Assembly: GCF_006345805.1 (NCBI RefSeq)
Contig: NC_042998.1
Span: forward strand, 132,246,001 to 132,310,000
DNA: 64,000 nucleotides
Direction: 5' to 3'
Source of the DNA: Octopus sinensis
Taxonomy: Eukaryota
Part shown: positions 1 to 13,057 of the stretch, in pieces
Numbering within the stretch: position 1 is the first letter of the stretch
Layout of the letters: every line of letters begins with the position of its first letter
The notes under the pieces: model-generated
Databases searched by the model: none
What the model was told of the DNA's origin: nothing
What the model saw: only the letters and a program-made list of their open reading frames with translations
Program-made: the position numbers and the translations under genes

Positions 1-63
1 CCCAGTCGAACCGTCCAACCCATGCTAGCTTGGAAAATGGACATTAAACAATGATAATGATGA
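1..63 (+). mobile_element. 3' tail of the RTE-tail repeat family
   Basis: CCCAGTCGAACCGTCCAACCCATGCTAGC..GGACATTAAACAATGATAATGATGA, the same terminus as the copies at 27595-27658 and 28212-28268. Confidence 0.75.
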
Positions 64-1604
64 TATATATATATATATATATATAGGGAGAGTTTACAAA
101 AAAAAACAAAAGATGAAGACAGGTAGTGAACAAAACAAACAGATGTATTAGTAAAACACTCAGGAATAGAAAGTTTTTTTTTACGTTTCGAGCCTACGCT
201 CATCTACAGAAAGGGATACAGAAAAAACATGGAGAGAAACAAGGACAGAAAAAAATGTGTGTAGTGGCTAACGATCTATCATATATATATATGCTTACCT
301 GCATGCTGGAAATGCATTTGAATCTGAGTCCTAATTCTGTTCCCTACCAAAGTGTGGGTACACACAACACATGCATATAAATGTATGCAAGTGCACGTGA
401 AACATTTATAAAGCTAGATGACTTTCTAGATCCAATGTCACAGTGGTTACAAGAAATTCAATTTAGTTTTTATTATAGCTATTACACTGTGACCTTGGAT
501 AGTAATACTTGTATCGTTCCTTGCATCAGTGTGTCTGAAAAAAGATTGCAAGTGAAAACTGTGTGTGTGTGCACATGTGTGCATATGTATGTGCATATCT
601 GTCTGTCTTGTTAGAAGCTGAAGCACTCATGAATTGCTTTACCAAGTTTCACGTTACCAATTAATGAATTAATTGGAAAAGAAATGCAGTGTGGTAATAT
701 ATAAGCAAAATTATTCATAAGCATGTCAAAATATAGATTCATCGTTAAAACTTGATTGGTTGTGAAAAAAAAAAGAAGAAAAGAAAAGAAAACCGTTACA
801 AAATGCATCACACGTTTATCTGCTAAGTTATCACATCCGGAACATGTGATATATTCATTCATACTCATGCAAAATAATATCATATGTGTAAAACACACAA
901 AAGCAGGGTATTTCATTAATACAGTTTAAGTGTTGAGAAATAACATGGTTTTGAGTTCAGTTCAGCTGTGTGATTCTATGGGCAAGTATCTTCTACTGTA
1001 GCCCCAGATTGATCAAAGCCTTGTGAGTAGATCTGGCGGATGGAAACTGAAAGAAACCCATCAGATACATACATACATACATAGCATTATCATCATCACC
1101 ATCATCATTTAATGTCTATTTTCTTGGCTGGCATGGACTGGACAGTTTAACTGGGGCTGGTCAGCTGGAGAGCTGCCTGGATTCCATTTCTCTGTTTTGG
1201 CATGGTTTTTATGAAGGCTCTTCCTGTCTATCTGTCTGTCTGTGTGTCTGTCTGTCTATCTATAAGATAGATAGATAGACAGATATGTGTATGTGTGTGA
1301 TTATATGCAGTTGTTATAAACTTGTATCACCATCATACAAGCAGTGTCATTTATTTCTAATTTTCTGAAAACATCTGAGCATTGGAGAATATTACCTCAT
1401 CTGGAAACAGATAATGAATCTGGCTGCAGAAAAAAATTTACTACACTAGATTATGTCTGAAAGTAAAAAGCACCTACTACACTCTCAGAGTGGTTGGCAT
1501 TAGTAAGAGCATCCAGCTGTAGAAACCTTGCCAGATCAGATTGGAGCCTGGTGCAGCATACTGTCTTGCCAGTCCTCTAAAATAGGGAGTTACTTTTCAC
1601 ACAC

Positions 1605-1642
<38 letters not shown>

Positions 1643-1752
1643 CCACATACAAATATATATATATATATATATACCGTCCAACCCATGCTAGCATGGAGAA
1701 CGGACGTTAAACGATGATGATGATGATGATATACACACCCACATACAAATAA

Positions 1753-1779
<27 letters not shown>

Positions 1780-1783
<4 letters not shown>

Positions 1784-2216
1784 CACACACATACAGTCAG
1801 GCTCCATTCAGTTTCCCGCTACTAAATCCACTCACAAGGCTTTGGTTGGCCCAAGGTTATGGTGACCCCAGGTGCCATGCATTGGGATTGAACTCAGAAT
1901 CATGTGATTGGGAGGCAAACTTTTTACCACACAGTCATGCCTGATATGAATATATGTAACAAGTAATTAAAGTATCTTTATCTCAAAGGATAAAAGGGAG
2001 AGAACTCAGAAAATTTCATCTAACCAACAAGCAGATGTAAAGTTAAGATGCATGGGGTGGGGGTCAGTGAACGTGAGCTCAAGTAGCCATGGTGACATGT
2101 TTCAGCTTTGTTTGATCTCCTTAGCAAAGCATAATGCATCCATACCAACCCCTTAGAACAACTTATTGTAGTATTTTGTGTGAGCTATATGTGTGACTGG
2201 GTGTGTTTGAGTGTGC

Positions 2217-2257
<41 letters not shown>

Positions 2258-3071
2258 ATTATATAAATGACAAGGTAATTATAAATTATGTCAGGAACTT
2301 CATTAGTTTACACCTGTTTATATATATACATACACACACGCATACACACACATATATATATATGTATATATATTATGTGAAATAGAAAGATGAATAATCT
2401 TGTAGATTAATCAAAAGTTTACCGATACCTTAGTAGCAAAAATCACAGCAGTGAACAGCACGGTTGGAGGTACAACCATCTGCGTTGCAACCGTGCGTTG
2501 GTGCGGATAATTGAAATTAAAACATATGGTGAATTGAAGAAATGGAGCTGAACGCAGATTGAACTTCTGTTCAATCTGCGTTCAGCTCCATTTCTTCAAT
2601 TCACCTATATGTATATATATATATAATATATATACACATACACACACATACAGTCAGGCTCCATTCAGTTTCCCGCTACTAATCCACTCACAAGGCTTTG
2701 GTTGGCCCAAGGTTATGGTGACCCCAGGTGCCATGCATTGGGATTGAACTCAGAATCATGTGATTGGGAGGCAAACTTTTACCACACAGTCATGCCTGAT
2801 ATGAATATATGTAACAAGTAATTAAAGTATCTTTATCTCAAAGGATAAAAGGGAGAGAACTCAGAAAATTTCATCTAACCAACAAGTAGATGTAAAGTTA
2901 AGATGCGTGGGGTGGGGGTCAGTGAACGTGAGCTCAAGTAGCCATGGTGACATGTTTCAGCTTTGTTTGATCTCCTTAGCAAAGCATAATGCATCCATAC
3001 CAACCCCTTAGAACAACTTATTGTAGTATTTTGTGTGAGCTATATGTGTGACTGGGTGTGTTTGAGTGTGC

Positions 3072-3120
<49 letters not shown>

Positions 3121-3467
3121 ATTATATAAATGACAAGGTAATTATAAATTATGTCAGGAACTTCATTAGTTTACACCTGTTTATATATACATACACACAC
3201 GCATACACACACATATATATATATGTATATATATATGTGAAATAGAAAGATGAATAATCTTGTAGATTAATCAAAAGTTTAACCGATACCTTAGTAGCAA
3301 AAATCACAGCAGTGAACAGCACGGTTGGAGGTACAACCATCTGGCGTTGCAACCGTGCGTTGGTGCGGATAATTGAAATTAAAACATATGGTGAATTGAA
3401 GAAATGGAGCTGAACGCAGATTGAACTTCTGTTCAATCTGCGTTCAGCTCCATTTCTTCAATTCACC

Positions 3468-3500
<33 letters not shown>
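1780..3500. repeat. ~860 bp tandem duplication (two near-identical units)
   Basis: CAGTCAGGCTCC at 1794 and 2651; hairpin starts at 2528 and 3390. The units differ by a few substitutions, single-base indels and microsatellite length. Confidence 0.97.
2528..2605. repeat. Perfect 37-bp inverted repeat with a 4-nt loop (second copy at 3390-3467)
   Basis: GGTGAATTGAAGAAATGGAGCTGAACGCAGATTGAAC-TTCT-GTTCAATCTGCGTTCAGCTCCATTTCTTCAATTCACC. Confidence 0.97.
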
Positions 3501-3518
<18 letters not shown>

Positions 3519-3539
3519 TCCTATATGTGTGTGTTTGTA

Positions 3540-3591
<52 letters not shown>

Positions 3592-4571
3592 ACAAACACA
3601 TGCGCGCATACATACATGCATACATATAAGCTGGCATCCTCATCACTATCACAACCACCACTTGTGTTTTATTCTGACTGCAGTCATTGTTATAATCATA
3701 TTGCTGTCGTCAGCATCATTATCATCATCATCATCATCATTACCATCATCATTTTCAACATCATCATCATCATCATCAGCAACAGCATCAGTGCAGTTGT
3801 AGTGTTCCTCCTTAACAAGATAAAGCAAATAATGCTTTAGATAAAACCTGTCAGTGCATGATAGGATTAACTAAAGCGTTAAATTAGCTACCTTGCACTT
3901 TTATTCATTCCACCTTGCACTTTCTGTTGTTCGCCCTCTCCCCCGCCCCCAACTTTCCTATCTCCCCATCCCCACCCTTGTCTTCTTCTATCGTTTCATT
4001 GTTGTTGTTGTCACTTTTAATGCTGCTTTCTTGTTTTTGTATTTTCTGTGTTTTTTTTTTATATACTTCTTTTGTATTTTCTCTGAAGATTTCTTTGTTG
4101 TTGTTGTTGTTAAAGACAGTAGAATGGCAGACGTAACACAGCACCAGAAAAAAACAGCCTTACAGTGTTGATTGCATCCTTTTGAAGTGTCCCTGATTCC
4201 AAAATCCCCTTTGAGTTTAGCTCTGACCATCATACTTGTAGATTGGAAGAAATAAAATAAAGTACTTGTTAAATACTCATCCAGATTTAATCAATTATAC
4301 TCCTTCTGTTCCAAATTTGTAACCATTTCTTAAATCAGAAATCCTTTTTTTTTTTTTTTTGTTTTTGTTATTAGTAGTGGTTGCAGAATTTGAAGAGTAT
4401 TAGAAATAATTCTTTGTGGTGTTTAGACACAGTGCTTTTAATTTGGAAGGTAGAATTCTGCTACAGTTGATCTTGCTTTTTCTTTTCTCTCAGTTTGGTT
4501 TTTGATACTTTCACACAAACTTCATCGTCAATATGAAGTGCCTTTGGCATACAAAAAGTGCAGAACCTGCC

Positions 4572-4602
<31 letters not shown>

Positions 4603-4640
4603 CTTACATAAGTGCCAACGAGGGTACGGACGCCGCTATA

Positions 4641-4859
4641 TATATTTTATATGTAGAAAAATACAAACCGGGACAAGAACGTAAAACATTTAGAAGACGA
4701 TACAAAAAACGGACGGGACATTCGAAGCCTTCAATCTTCAGTCAAGAACCAGATCATCCCAGCAATTTCGGCTGATTAATCTTGATGTTTTAGCAATTTC
4801 GGCTGATTAATCTTGATGTTTTACGTTCTTGTCCCAGTTTGTATTTTTCTACATATAAA

Positions 4860-4864
<5 letters not shown>
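4641..4864. repeat. Fold-back element with 48-bp inverted arms (1 mismatch) and an internal 31-bp tandem duplication
   Basis: Arms 4641-4688 and 4817-4864. AGCAATTTCGGCTGATTAATCTTGATGTTTT occurs at 4761-4791 and 4792-4822. (TA)n on both outer sides. Confidence 0.93.
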
Positions 4865-4884
<20 letters not shown>

Positions 4885-4890
<6 letters not shown>

Positions 4891-5122
4891 GATTTTTCTG
4901 TGGCCATTGCCAGTACCGCCTGACAGGCTCTCGAGCCAATGGCACATAAAAACACCCACTACACTCTCAGAGTGGTTGGCATTAAGAAGGGCATCCAGCT
5001 GTAGAAACGCTGCCAAATCAAGATTGGAGCCTGGTGCAGCCATCTGGTTCGCCAGTCCTCAGTCAAATCGTCCAACCCATACTAGCAAGGAAAGAGGACG
5101 TTAAACGATGATGATGATGATA
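4885..5122 (+). mobile_element. RTE-tail repeat copy (5'-truncated LINE or LINE-tailed SINE)
   Basis: TGGCACATAAAAACACCCACTACACTCTCAGAGTGGTTGGCATTAAGAAGGGCATCCAGCTGTAGAAAC...GGACGTTAAACGATGATGATGATGA. Confidence 0.8.
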
Positions 5123-6319
5123 TATGTATATATATATATAAAGACCCCCTTTGGTCATGAATGACCATGGGATTGCACCTTGAACATTCTTTTCCTGAGT
5201 GCAAATCTGGACAAGGTTGTATATAGAAAACCAGCAGTCACCCATGCATACCAGCATCCCCACTCCATGCCGCTGACATTATCCAAGGGGAAGGTAAAGG
5301 CCAATATAGCTTGGCCACCAGTGATGTTGCAACTCATTTCTGCAGCTGAGGAAACTGGAGCAACATGAAATAAAGTGTCTTGCTCAAGAACACCACACAG
5401 TTTGGTCTTGGAATTGAACTCCGAGAGTGTAGTGGGTGCTTTTTATGTGACACCAGACCAGCACGGGTGCCAGTCAGGCGATACTGGCAATGACCTAGCT
5501 CGAATCTTTTTACATGTGCCACCAGCACAGGTGCCAGTGAAGCATATATATATAATGTGTGTGAGTGCGTATATGTATATTATAAAGATAAACACAAATT
5601 TATATTTAGTAAAGTTCCCCTATACATTTCAGCATTAATACTGTTTTCTAGCCCTGCAATAGGTGTTCAAAATGCATTTATATGCTCAGCTACAACGGAT
5701 TATCAAGGAACACTTTATTGTATTACGTTACATATAACATACATAAGTGTGTGTGTGTGTGTACAGTTTTTTTAATTTCCACTTTCCCATACATGCATGA
5801 GTAAGATGCTATTTGGTACAGAGATTTCTATGGGTAGATGCCTTTCTTGTTTCAAACCCATACCTGATTCCAAATGAGGTAATATTTCCACATGACCAGA
5901 CATGTTTTCATGGAAGATTGGTAAACAAGGAGACAGTAATATGTACGCATATAATGAATATATACATATATGACAAATTTGTTTTCGAGAGCTGGACAGT
6001 CTCAGTAGCAGCTTAGTACCAAAAGGATTTAAATGTAAAAACAGCTGTTCTTAGTGAACTATGAACAATGGATTCAGTGTACATTGCTGATGAAGGATAA
6101 TGATGTAGAAATGCATGTGTCCTATAGTCTAATGATGTTATTCATAGCTCAGTTCTGTATTTTCCCACATATTGTCTATAAAGAGAACTTTTCTTTTCTT
6201 GAGATAATTTCTGCAGAAAAGGTCTTTCTTATCCGAATACAATTTTGTACACTTATATTTCAATCTACAGTGCTTTCCATGTCACCAGTTTATACATGCA
6301 TACACACACACATACATAC

Positions 6320-6530
6320 ATCATCATCATCGTTTAACATCCGTTTTCCATGTTGGCATGGGTTGGACGGTTTGGCCGAGGTCTGGAGAGCCAGTGGCTG
6401 CATCAGACTCCAGTCTGATCTGGCAACATTTCTACAGTTTCAACATTTCTAACGCCAACCACTCCAAGAGTATAGTGGGTACTTTTTACATGCCACCGGC
6501 ACAGGAACCAGTCAGGTTGGCCTGGCATCG
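6320..6530 (-). mobile_element. RTE-tail repeat copy
   Basis: (CAT)n followed by CGTTTAACATCCGTTTTCCATGTTGGCATGGGTTGGACGG, the reverse complement of the family tail. Confidence 0.8.
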
Positions 6531-6923
6531 ATCACATTCAGATTAATGCTTTTCAGGAGCCACCAGCTCAGGGGCCAGTCAAGAGTGTTGTACTCATGAT
6601 CACTAGACTGTGGTCTCAATTCCTGGATCAGGCAGTGCATTGCGTTCTTAAGCAAAACTCTTAATTTCTTGTTGCTCTGCCATCACTTCGACACCTGACA
6701 GGTAGAACATTGTGTGCTCTTGTAGAGGTAATGTCAATTTGTTGGATGAAGTAAGCTAATGCACAGCACAAACATTTAATCATTAACGAATTACCTGTGC
6801 AGGTTGTTCAGTCAGAAATTGCAGAACCTTCATCTGTCACCTATGACAGGAATGTCTACTATATATATATATATATATCGTCGTCGTTTAACGTCCGTTC
6901 TCCATGCTAGCATGGGTTGGACC

Positions 6924-6986
<63 letters not shown>

Positions 6987-7538
6987 TATACATATGTGTG
7001 TTGTGTGTGTGTGTGTCTGTGTGTGTTGACATGTGTGCCTATGTGTACACATGTATGCTCATACACAGACTCATACTTGAATCTGCTGTGATTGATTGTT
7101 ATGACATTGCAGGATAACTCAAAGAAACATACATGATGTGTTGTGGATATATTTAGACCATATCCTTACATGATGGTGATGATGATGGTAGTGGTGGTAG
7201 TAGTTGTGGTGGTGGGTGACAATGACAGTGAAAGTGACAGCAGCAGCAACAACAACAACAACAACAACAACGACAGTGATGATGATGATGGCAATGATTC
7301 ACAGAATTCTCAACATAAAATCCATCTTGAAATTATTCCATATTAATTTATTCCTAAACATTTTTAACAATAGATTTCTGCATATGTCATCAAAGTATTC
7401 TGTTAGTCATTATCTTTCAAAAACTGGCAGAAGCCTAGCATATCTTTACTCTAATGTACTTATTGCTAATAATATAATTAAGTGCATGTTGTTATATTTA
7501 CAATTTTTCATGGTGTGTTTATGATATTCATCTCTTCA

Positions 7539-7569
<31 letters not shown>

Positions 7570-7819
7570 TCTTGAAATTGTCCTCTTTCTCATTTTTTAA
7601 TCTATTTTTATCTCATTTTTGATCTCTTTAATATCCTAAATCCTTATTTTATGTGGTGTAATAATTATGGTGTGTGTCTATATTTATGTATATGTACATA
7701 CAGATAGTGCTATACAAAGACACATATGTATAAGTATATGTATGTGTGTGTATCTATCTGTCTATCAATCTATATATATATGTGCATATATGTATATATA
7801 TATATATATATACAGTGTC

Positions 7820-8160
7820 GCCAAGCATGGCCAATGCTGGTGCTGCCTAACTTGTACCAGTGGCATGTAAAAAGCATCTTTTTACTGTCGATGCCAGTGT
7901 CACATGACTTGCTCCCATGATGGTGGCATGTAAAAAGTACTATTCGAGCATGGTTGAAGCTAGTGCTGCCTGACTGGCTCCCAAGCTGGTGGCACGTAAA
8001 AAGCACCCACTACACTCTCAGAATGGTTAGCATTAGTAAGAGCATGCAGCTGTAGAAACCTTGCCAGATCAGATTGGAGCCTGGCTTGCCAGTCCTCAAT
8101 CAAATCTTCCGACTCATGCCAGCATGGAAAGCTGACGTTAAACGATGATGATGATGATGT
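7820..8160 (+). mobile_element. RTE-tail repeat copy with three internal TGGCA(T/C)GTAAAAAG subrepeats
   Basis: Subrepeats at ~7861, ~7924 and ~7990, then the standard tail and (GAT)n. Confidence 0.8.
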
Positions 8161-8915
8161 ATATATTCATATCTATCTATCTATCTATCTTATCTAAATA
8201 TGCAGTAAGAGAGAGAGAGAATTTTACATAGATTTTCCTTCTGTTTCAATTCACTGCAAGAATTTCTTATTGTTGTAGCAATAACTGTAGACCAACCTTC
8301 ATCAAGAATTCCACTAGCCATCATTCAATGTCTTATATCCAAAATTCTATTATTCAATGCATTTTCCTGCTCTTTTTATGATGGTGGCAACAGAGATTTT
8401 AAGGAGATTTGGTAGTTATTTCTAGACAAGTTGATGAATCATAAAAGGATTCTGTTGTTGGTTTGTATGTTTATTCATTATTTTTTTGTTTTAAATTTCT
8501 ATTTCGGCAGTCTCCTTAATTGTGGTAAACTGGCTGTTTGCAAATAGGTATTACATCACTATAAAATGTTGCTTAGTATAAGAAACTGGAGACCAATCTT
8601 GGAAGAATATATCGGTCTTGTCTGCTTATTGGCACAAAACTAGCAATAAGCATTATCCCATGTGTTTTTTTTTATGTTTTCCAGTTTCAGCTCTTGAGCT
8701 GTGGCCATGCTGGGGCACTGCTATTTGAAGTGGTATTTATTAATATAATTATTATGATTAACTATGGACTGATTTCATTAACATTTCTATGTCTAATAAA
8801 CCATACACAGCCTCGTTTCTCTCTACTCATGCACATCTGCATGATCTGCACGGGTAGATCTGCATTTAGCGCTAGTTTTCTCTATTCTGTTTATGCCTCT
8901 TATGTATGTTGTGCC

Positions 8916-8980
<65 letters not shown>

Positions 8981-8999
8981 ACAGATAGAGCCTAGCCTT

Positions 9000-9640
9000 T
9001 TTAACCAAGATAAGTTACAGCACAGATCTTTGCCACCTTCTTCATAACTCATGTGCTGTACTTCCTTTCGTAAAAACACACCCTCCAGCACTAATTACAT
9101 CAACTATGTAGCATAGAATTTATCTCAGCCTTTGAGCAGATCATCACAGTAGTGCGCGTTTCTTGAGATGATGGCTACGACTGCTGCCAACTGCTTCCGA
9201 CTACTCTCTTGTGCACCTATTGATGATTTTAAGTTTCTGGTTGCTATCAGATAGGCAAGCCAGCGACTTTACTGTACTCATTGTTGGCACTGGTAAATAT
9301 CAAGCAAAATTACTTCTCATATGTACCCAGACTTTTGTGATCCGCTATGCCATAGGGTCCCAACCACCAGACTTTCAATCACAGTATTAGGCTGCACAGA
9401 AAGAATAAATTTTAAAAATTTTATTTTCTATTTTATTAGCTATTGCTATCCGCTGGGCGTTTCTGTATTATATATGTAATATTGTATATGTAATATTATA
9501 TGTAATAATTAAATTGTATGTTATGCAATTTATTGTGCTTTGTTATGCATGTGATCTCCTGGTCCATGGTAAAGTCTTCTTGCATGAAACTAGTTAATGG
9601 TGCAAAAATGGTTGGGGCCCACTGCCCCACACGGTCCTTG
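9000..9640 (-). mobile_element. Possible decayed pogo/Fot1-like transposon fragment
   Basis: Minus-strand translation with stops, ...GLPI**QPET*NHQ*VHKRVVGS...SSQETRTTVMICSKAE...CFYERK, weakly resembles the start of a DDE_1 domain. A GGGGCAGTGGGGC TIR-like motif lies on the minus strand near 9615-9635. Weak. Confidence 0.25.
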
Positions 9641-9956
9641 TGTGTGATGGTGTCCTTGTAAAGGTACCCTGGAAGTGTAAGGCAGTCAGGAAAGGATTAT
9701 GCTCTCATTGCCATCATCATCATCATCATCATCATTTTAACATCCAGTTTTCCCATGCTTGTGTGGTTTGGATGGTGTTTGTTGAAGCAGATTTTCTATG
9801 GCCGGATGTCCTTCTTGTCACCAGCCCTCAACTAAAGTAATATTCTCTCATGACCAGACATATTTTCACCAAAGATTGGAAATGAAAGAAATTGCTTGCA
9901 TGATGGTGACAATCATTTTACAACTGTCACTTGATATCAAGACAAGGAGACAATAA

Positions 9957-10011
<55 letters not shown>

Positions 10012-10276
10012 CTCTCTCCCACACACACACAAACACGTGCACACATATAGACATACGATGGTCTTTTTTTCAGATTCCATCTTTTCATAAACTGGCAGAA
10101 TGCCAGTCTTTATCCCTACATTAATGTAGTGAGCATCATCATCATCATCAATTAACATCCGTTTTCCATGCTGGCATGGGTTGGGCAGTTTGATAGAGTC
10201 TGGTTAGGCTGAAGACTGCACCAGGCTTCAGTGTTTGTTTTGATAGAATTATTTGTGCCAGACAAAATGCTTAGCA

Positions 10277-10412
10277 CAGCGGTTCCCAAAGTTTTTGAAC
10301 TCACGACTCCCTACTATCAGTTGATAGTTGAAATCAATATTATCCCAAGCCACTTCTAGCAAGGCTTTGCGACCCCTCCAGGAGGTGAGGAACCACCAGT
10401 TGGGAACTCCTG
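10277..10412. mobile_element. hAT (Buster/Charlie-type) MITE inserted into a SINE
   Basis: TIRs CAGCGGTTCCCAA / TTGGGAACTCCTG. Perfect 8-bp TSD GCTTAGCA at 10269-10276 and 10413-10420 with a central TA. The flanks rejoin into SINE sequence (GACAAAATGCTTAGCAGCATTTC). Confidence 0.85.
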
Positions 10413-11439
10413 GCTTAGCAGCATTTCTTCTAGCCCTTTATGTTCTGAGTTCAAATGCCACTAAGGTCAATTCAGCTTTGACTTTAAACCTTTTGGGGTT
10501 GATAAAGTAAGTACCTATTGAGGACTGAAGTTGACGTAATTGATTTCCCCTTCCCCTCAAAACTGCTGGCCTTGTGCAAAACCTAGAATATTATTAGACC
10601 GTTTATTGCAATTTTCCATGCAACTCCTTGTGACCTCCTATGGAGCCCTACAGTTCCAGAGAACGGCATTTAAGAAATGCTGCTCAACATGGGTGTGGGT
10701 TTGATTGAAATATCTACCCAAATCATGGGTCAATTTGCATTAGGGCTGATCTGAGATTAAAGCATCATAGCAGTAAGAACAGACGTGTGCGTATCTATAA
10801 ATATATGTGTGTATTAATGCATCTACTTTATGCAAAATGTATGTCTAAATACATATTTGTGTCTGTATGTGTATGTGTATGTATGTGTGTATGTATGTGT
10901 GTGTGTGTGTGTGTACTTTATGCAGTGTGGTAAATACAAAACAACTAACAAGCATATTGTTTTAAATTTTATACAGCAAATGCTGACTTGGCAGTAATTA
11001 CTTTTGCAAAAAGGCAGCAATCTTCTCATTACAGCACATTTATTTCTCATTACATATATATATATGTGTGTGTGTGTGTGTGTTTTTGTGTGTGGATGTG
11101 TGTGTGAGCATACACATACACATATTTGTATACATGTGTGTGTGTGTATATATATATATATTGCAGATATGTACATGCATTTGCACACAAGCTTCACATG
11201 CACACAGACGCGCACGCATGCACACACACACACACACGTATGTGTATTGGTATTCATATGTACATAAACGCTACACGTAACCTTTATGCCAACTTGCAAT
11301 GTCTGCCAGGCCAGTTTGTGTAATCCTCTTACATGAAAAATAAATCTCTCGCTCCTCACCCCCTCTCTCCTCCCTCTTCATCCCTCCCTCTCCGCCTCTC
11401 TCTCTCTCTCTCTTTCTGAAAACAAATTCATAAGTAAAC

Positions 11440-11608
11440 GAATGAGCTCTTTCCACTCCAGTATACACACACACATATCTAAATGTGCACATGTGTGTCT
11501 GTATATGCATGAATGTATGTATGTACACACATTTACATGTACATATATACACACTTGTGTATATATGTATTATCTATATATATTATATATACATACATGC
11601 ATACATGC

Positions 11609-11640
<32 letters not shown>

Positions 11641-11712
11641 GATATATATATATATGCATATATATAATATATAATATATATATATTATATATATATATAT
11701 GTATATATATGC

Positions 11713-11759
<47 letters not shown>

Positions 11760-12010
11760 TATGTATATATATGCATATATATATATATGTTATATATGCA
11801 TATATATATATATGTATATATATGCATTATATATATATATATATATATGCATATATATAATAATGTATATATATGCAATATATATATATATGTATATATA
11901 TGCATATATATATATATATGTATATATATGCATATATATATATATATATATGTTTAATATATATATTTATAATATAGAATTGGATATTATATATATATAT
12001 ATATATATCA
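11440..12010. repeat. Long compound (TA)n/(TATG/TGCA)-punctuated microsatellite
   Basis: About 570 bp of almost pure alternating AT with sporadic GC/AC interruptions. Confidence 0.95.
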
Positions 12011-13057
12011 TCATCATTGTCATCATGAAATGTCCAGGTTCTATGTTGGCATTGGTTACACACACATTATTCTTTCAGGTATTATTTCTTCGTCATAGCA
12101 TGACATTTCCACCTGCTTATATAGTAGAATTATTTATTCAATTCTTATAAGACACACAGCTGTTTCTTGGTTTTACACACGGTGCTTGGGTTGCACAGGT
12201 TCACTTTAACCCACAGTTTTCCTTCAATGTTTTTTTTTTTCTATATCTAAAAATGTTTTCCATTTACTTATGCAGAAACACCACTCCAACAGTTCCATTT
12301 TGTTTATTTATTTCATGTTCCTTACTTTTTTTTTACTTTTTTTTCACACCTTTGGTAATGAGGTTGACTGCACTCTAAATTAACATTTAAGCTAGGATTA
12401 CCTTTTTTTAATATTTGTTAAAAACATGGCAAGTTGGTATGTTGGCAGAATTGTTAACACACTGGGCAAAATTCTTGACAGTATTTCGCCAGTCTTCTTG
12501 TTCTGAGTTCAAATCTCATCAAGGTCAACTTTGCTATTCATACCTTTTTTTTTGTGGTGGTGGTGGTGGTGGTGGTGGGGTTTGATAAAATAAAGTACCA
12601 GTCGAGTACTGGCAAATGTTTTGTAGTGACCAATGTCTGAGTGAATTTGGTTGGCAGAAACTGTGTGGAAGACTGCTGTGTATATATGTATATGTGTGTA
12701 CTTACGTGTATATATGTGTGTGTGTGTATATATTCTTTTTTTTTTTTGAAGCTACAAGGAAGCTATAATGCTCATTCACTCACATCTGAGTGCTCTGCAT
12801 CTTATAGGAGAATGACCTGTAAGCTAATGAAGTTCATAGCATAATCTGTTCCTTTACCATTTATTTAATTTCATATTACACTCTGTACATGACTTATACT
12901 TTGTTTCAAGGCATATGGATATTAAGGTCTAGTATCAGGTTATTAGTATTGCTTATACCTAAGCAATATCTACCTACCTACCTACCTACCTGCATAAATA
13001 CATATGCACATACACACACACACACACACACCACACACGGACACAACGGGTTATGAC

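Noticed and set aside
7820-8010. CRISPR-like array (recurring TGGCA(T/C)GTAAAAAG with variable spacers)
   Set aside because: Only three short degenerate units that are internal subrepeats of a retroposon tail seen at many other sites; eukaryotic context with no cas genes.
9135-9175. YCDD as a BEL/Pao RT catalytic motif on the minus strand
   Set aside because: Surrounding residues do not consistently follow the RT pattern, and another frame fits a pogo-like DDE domain slightly better; both are weak.
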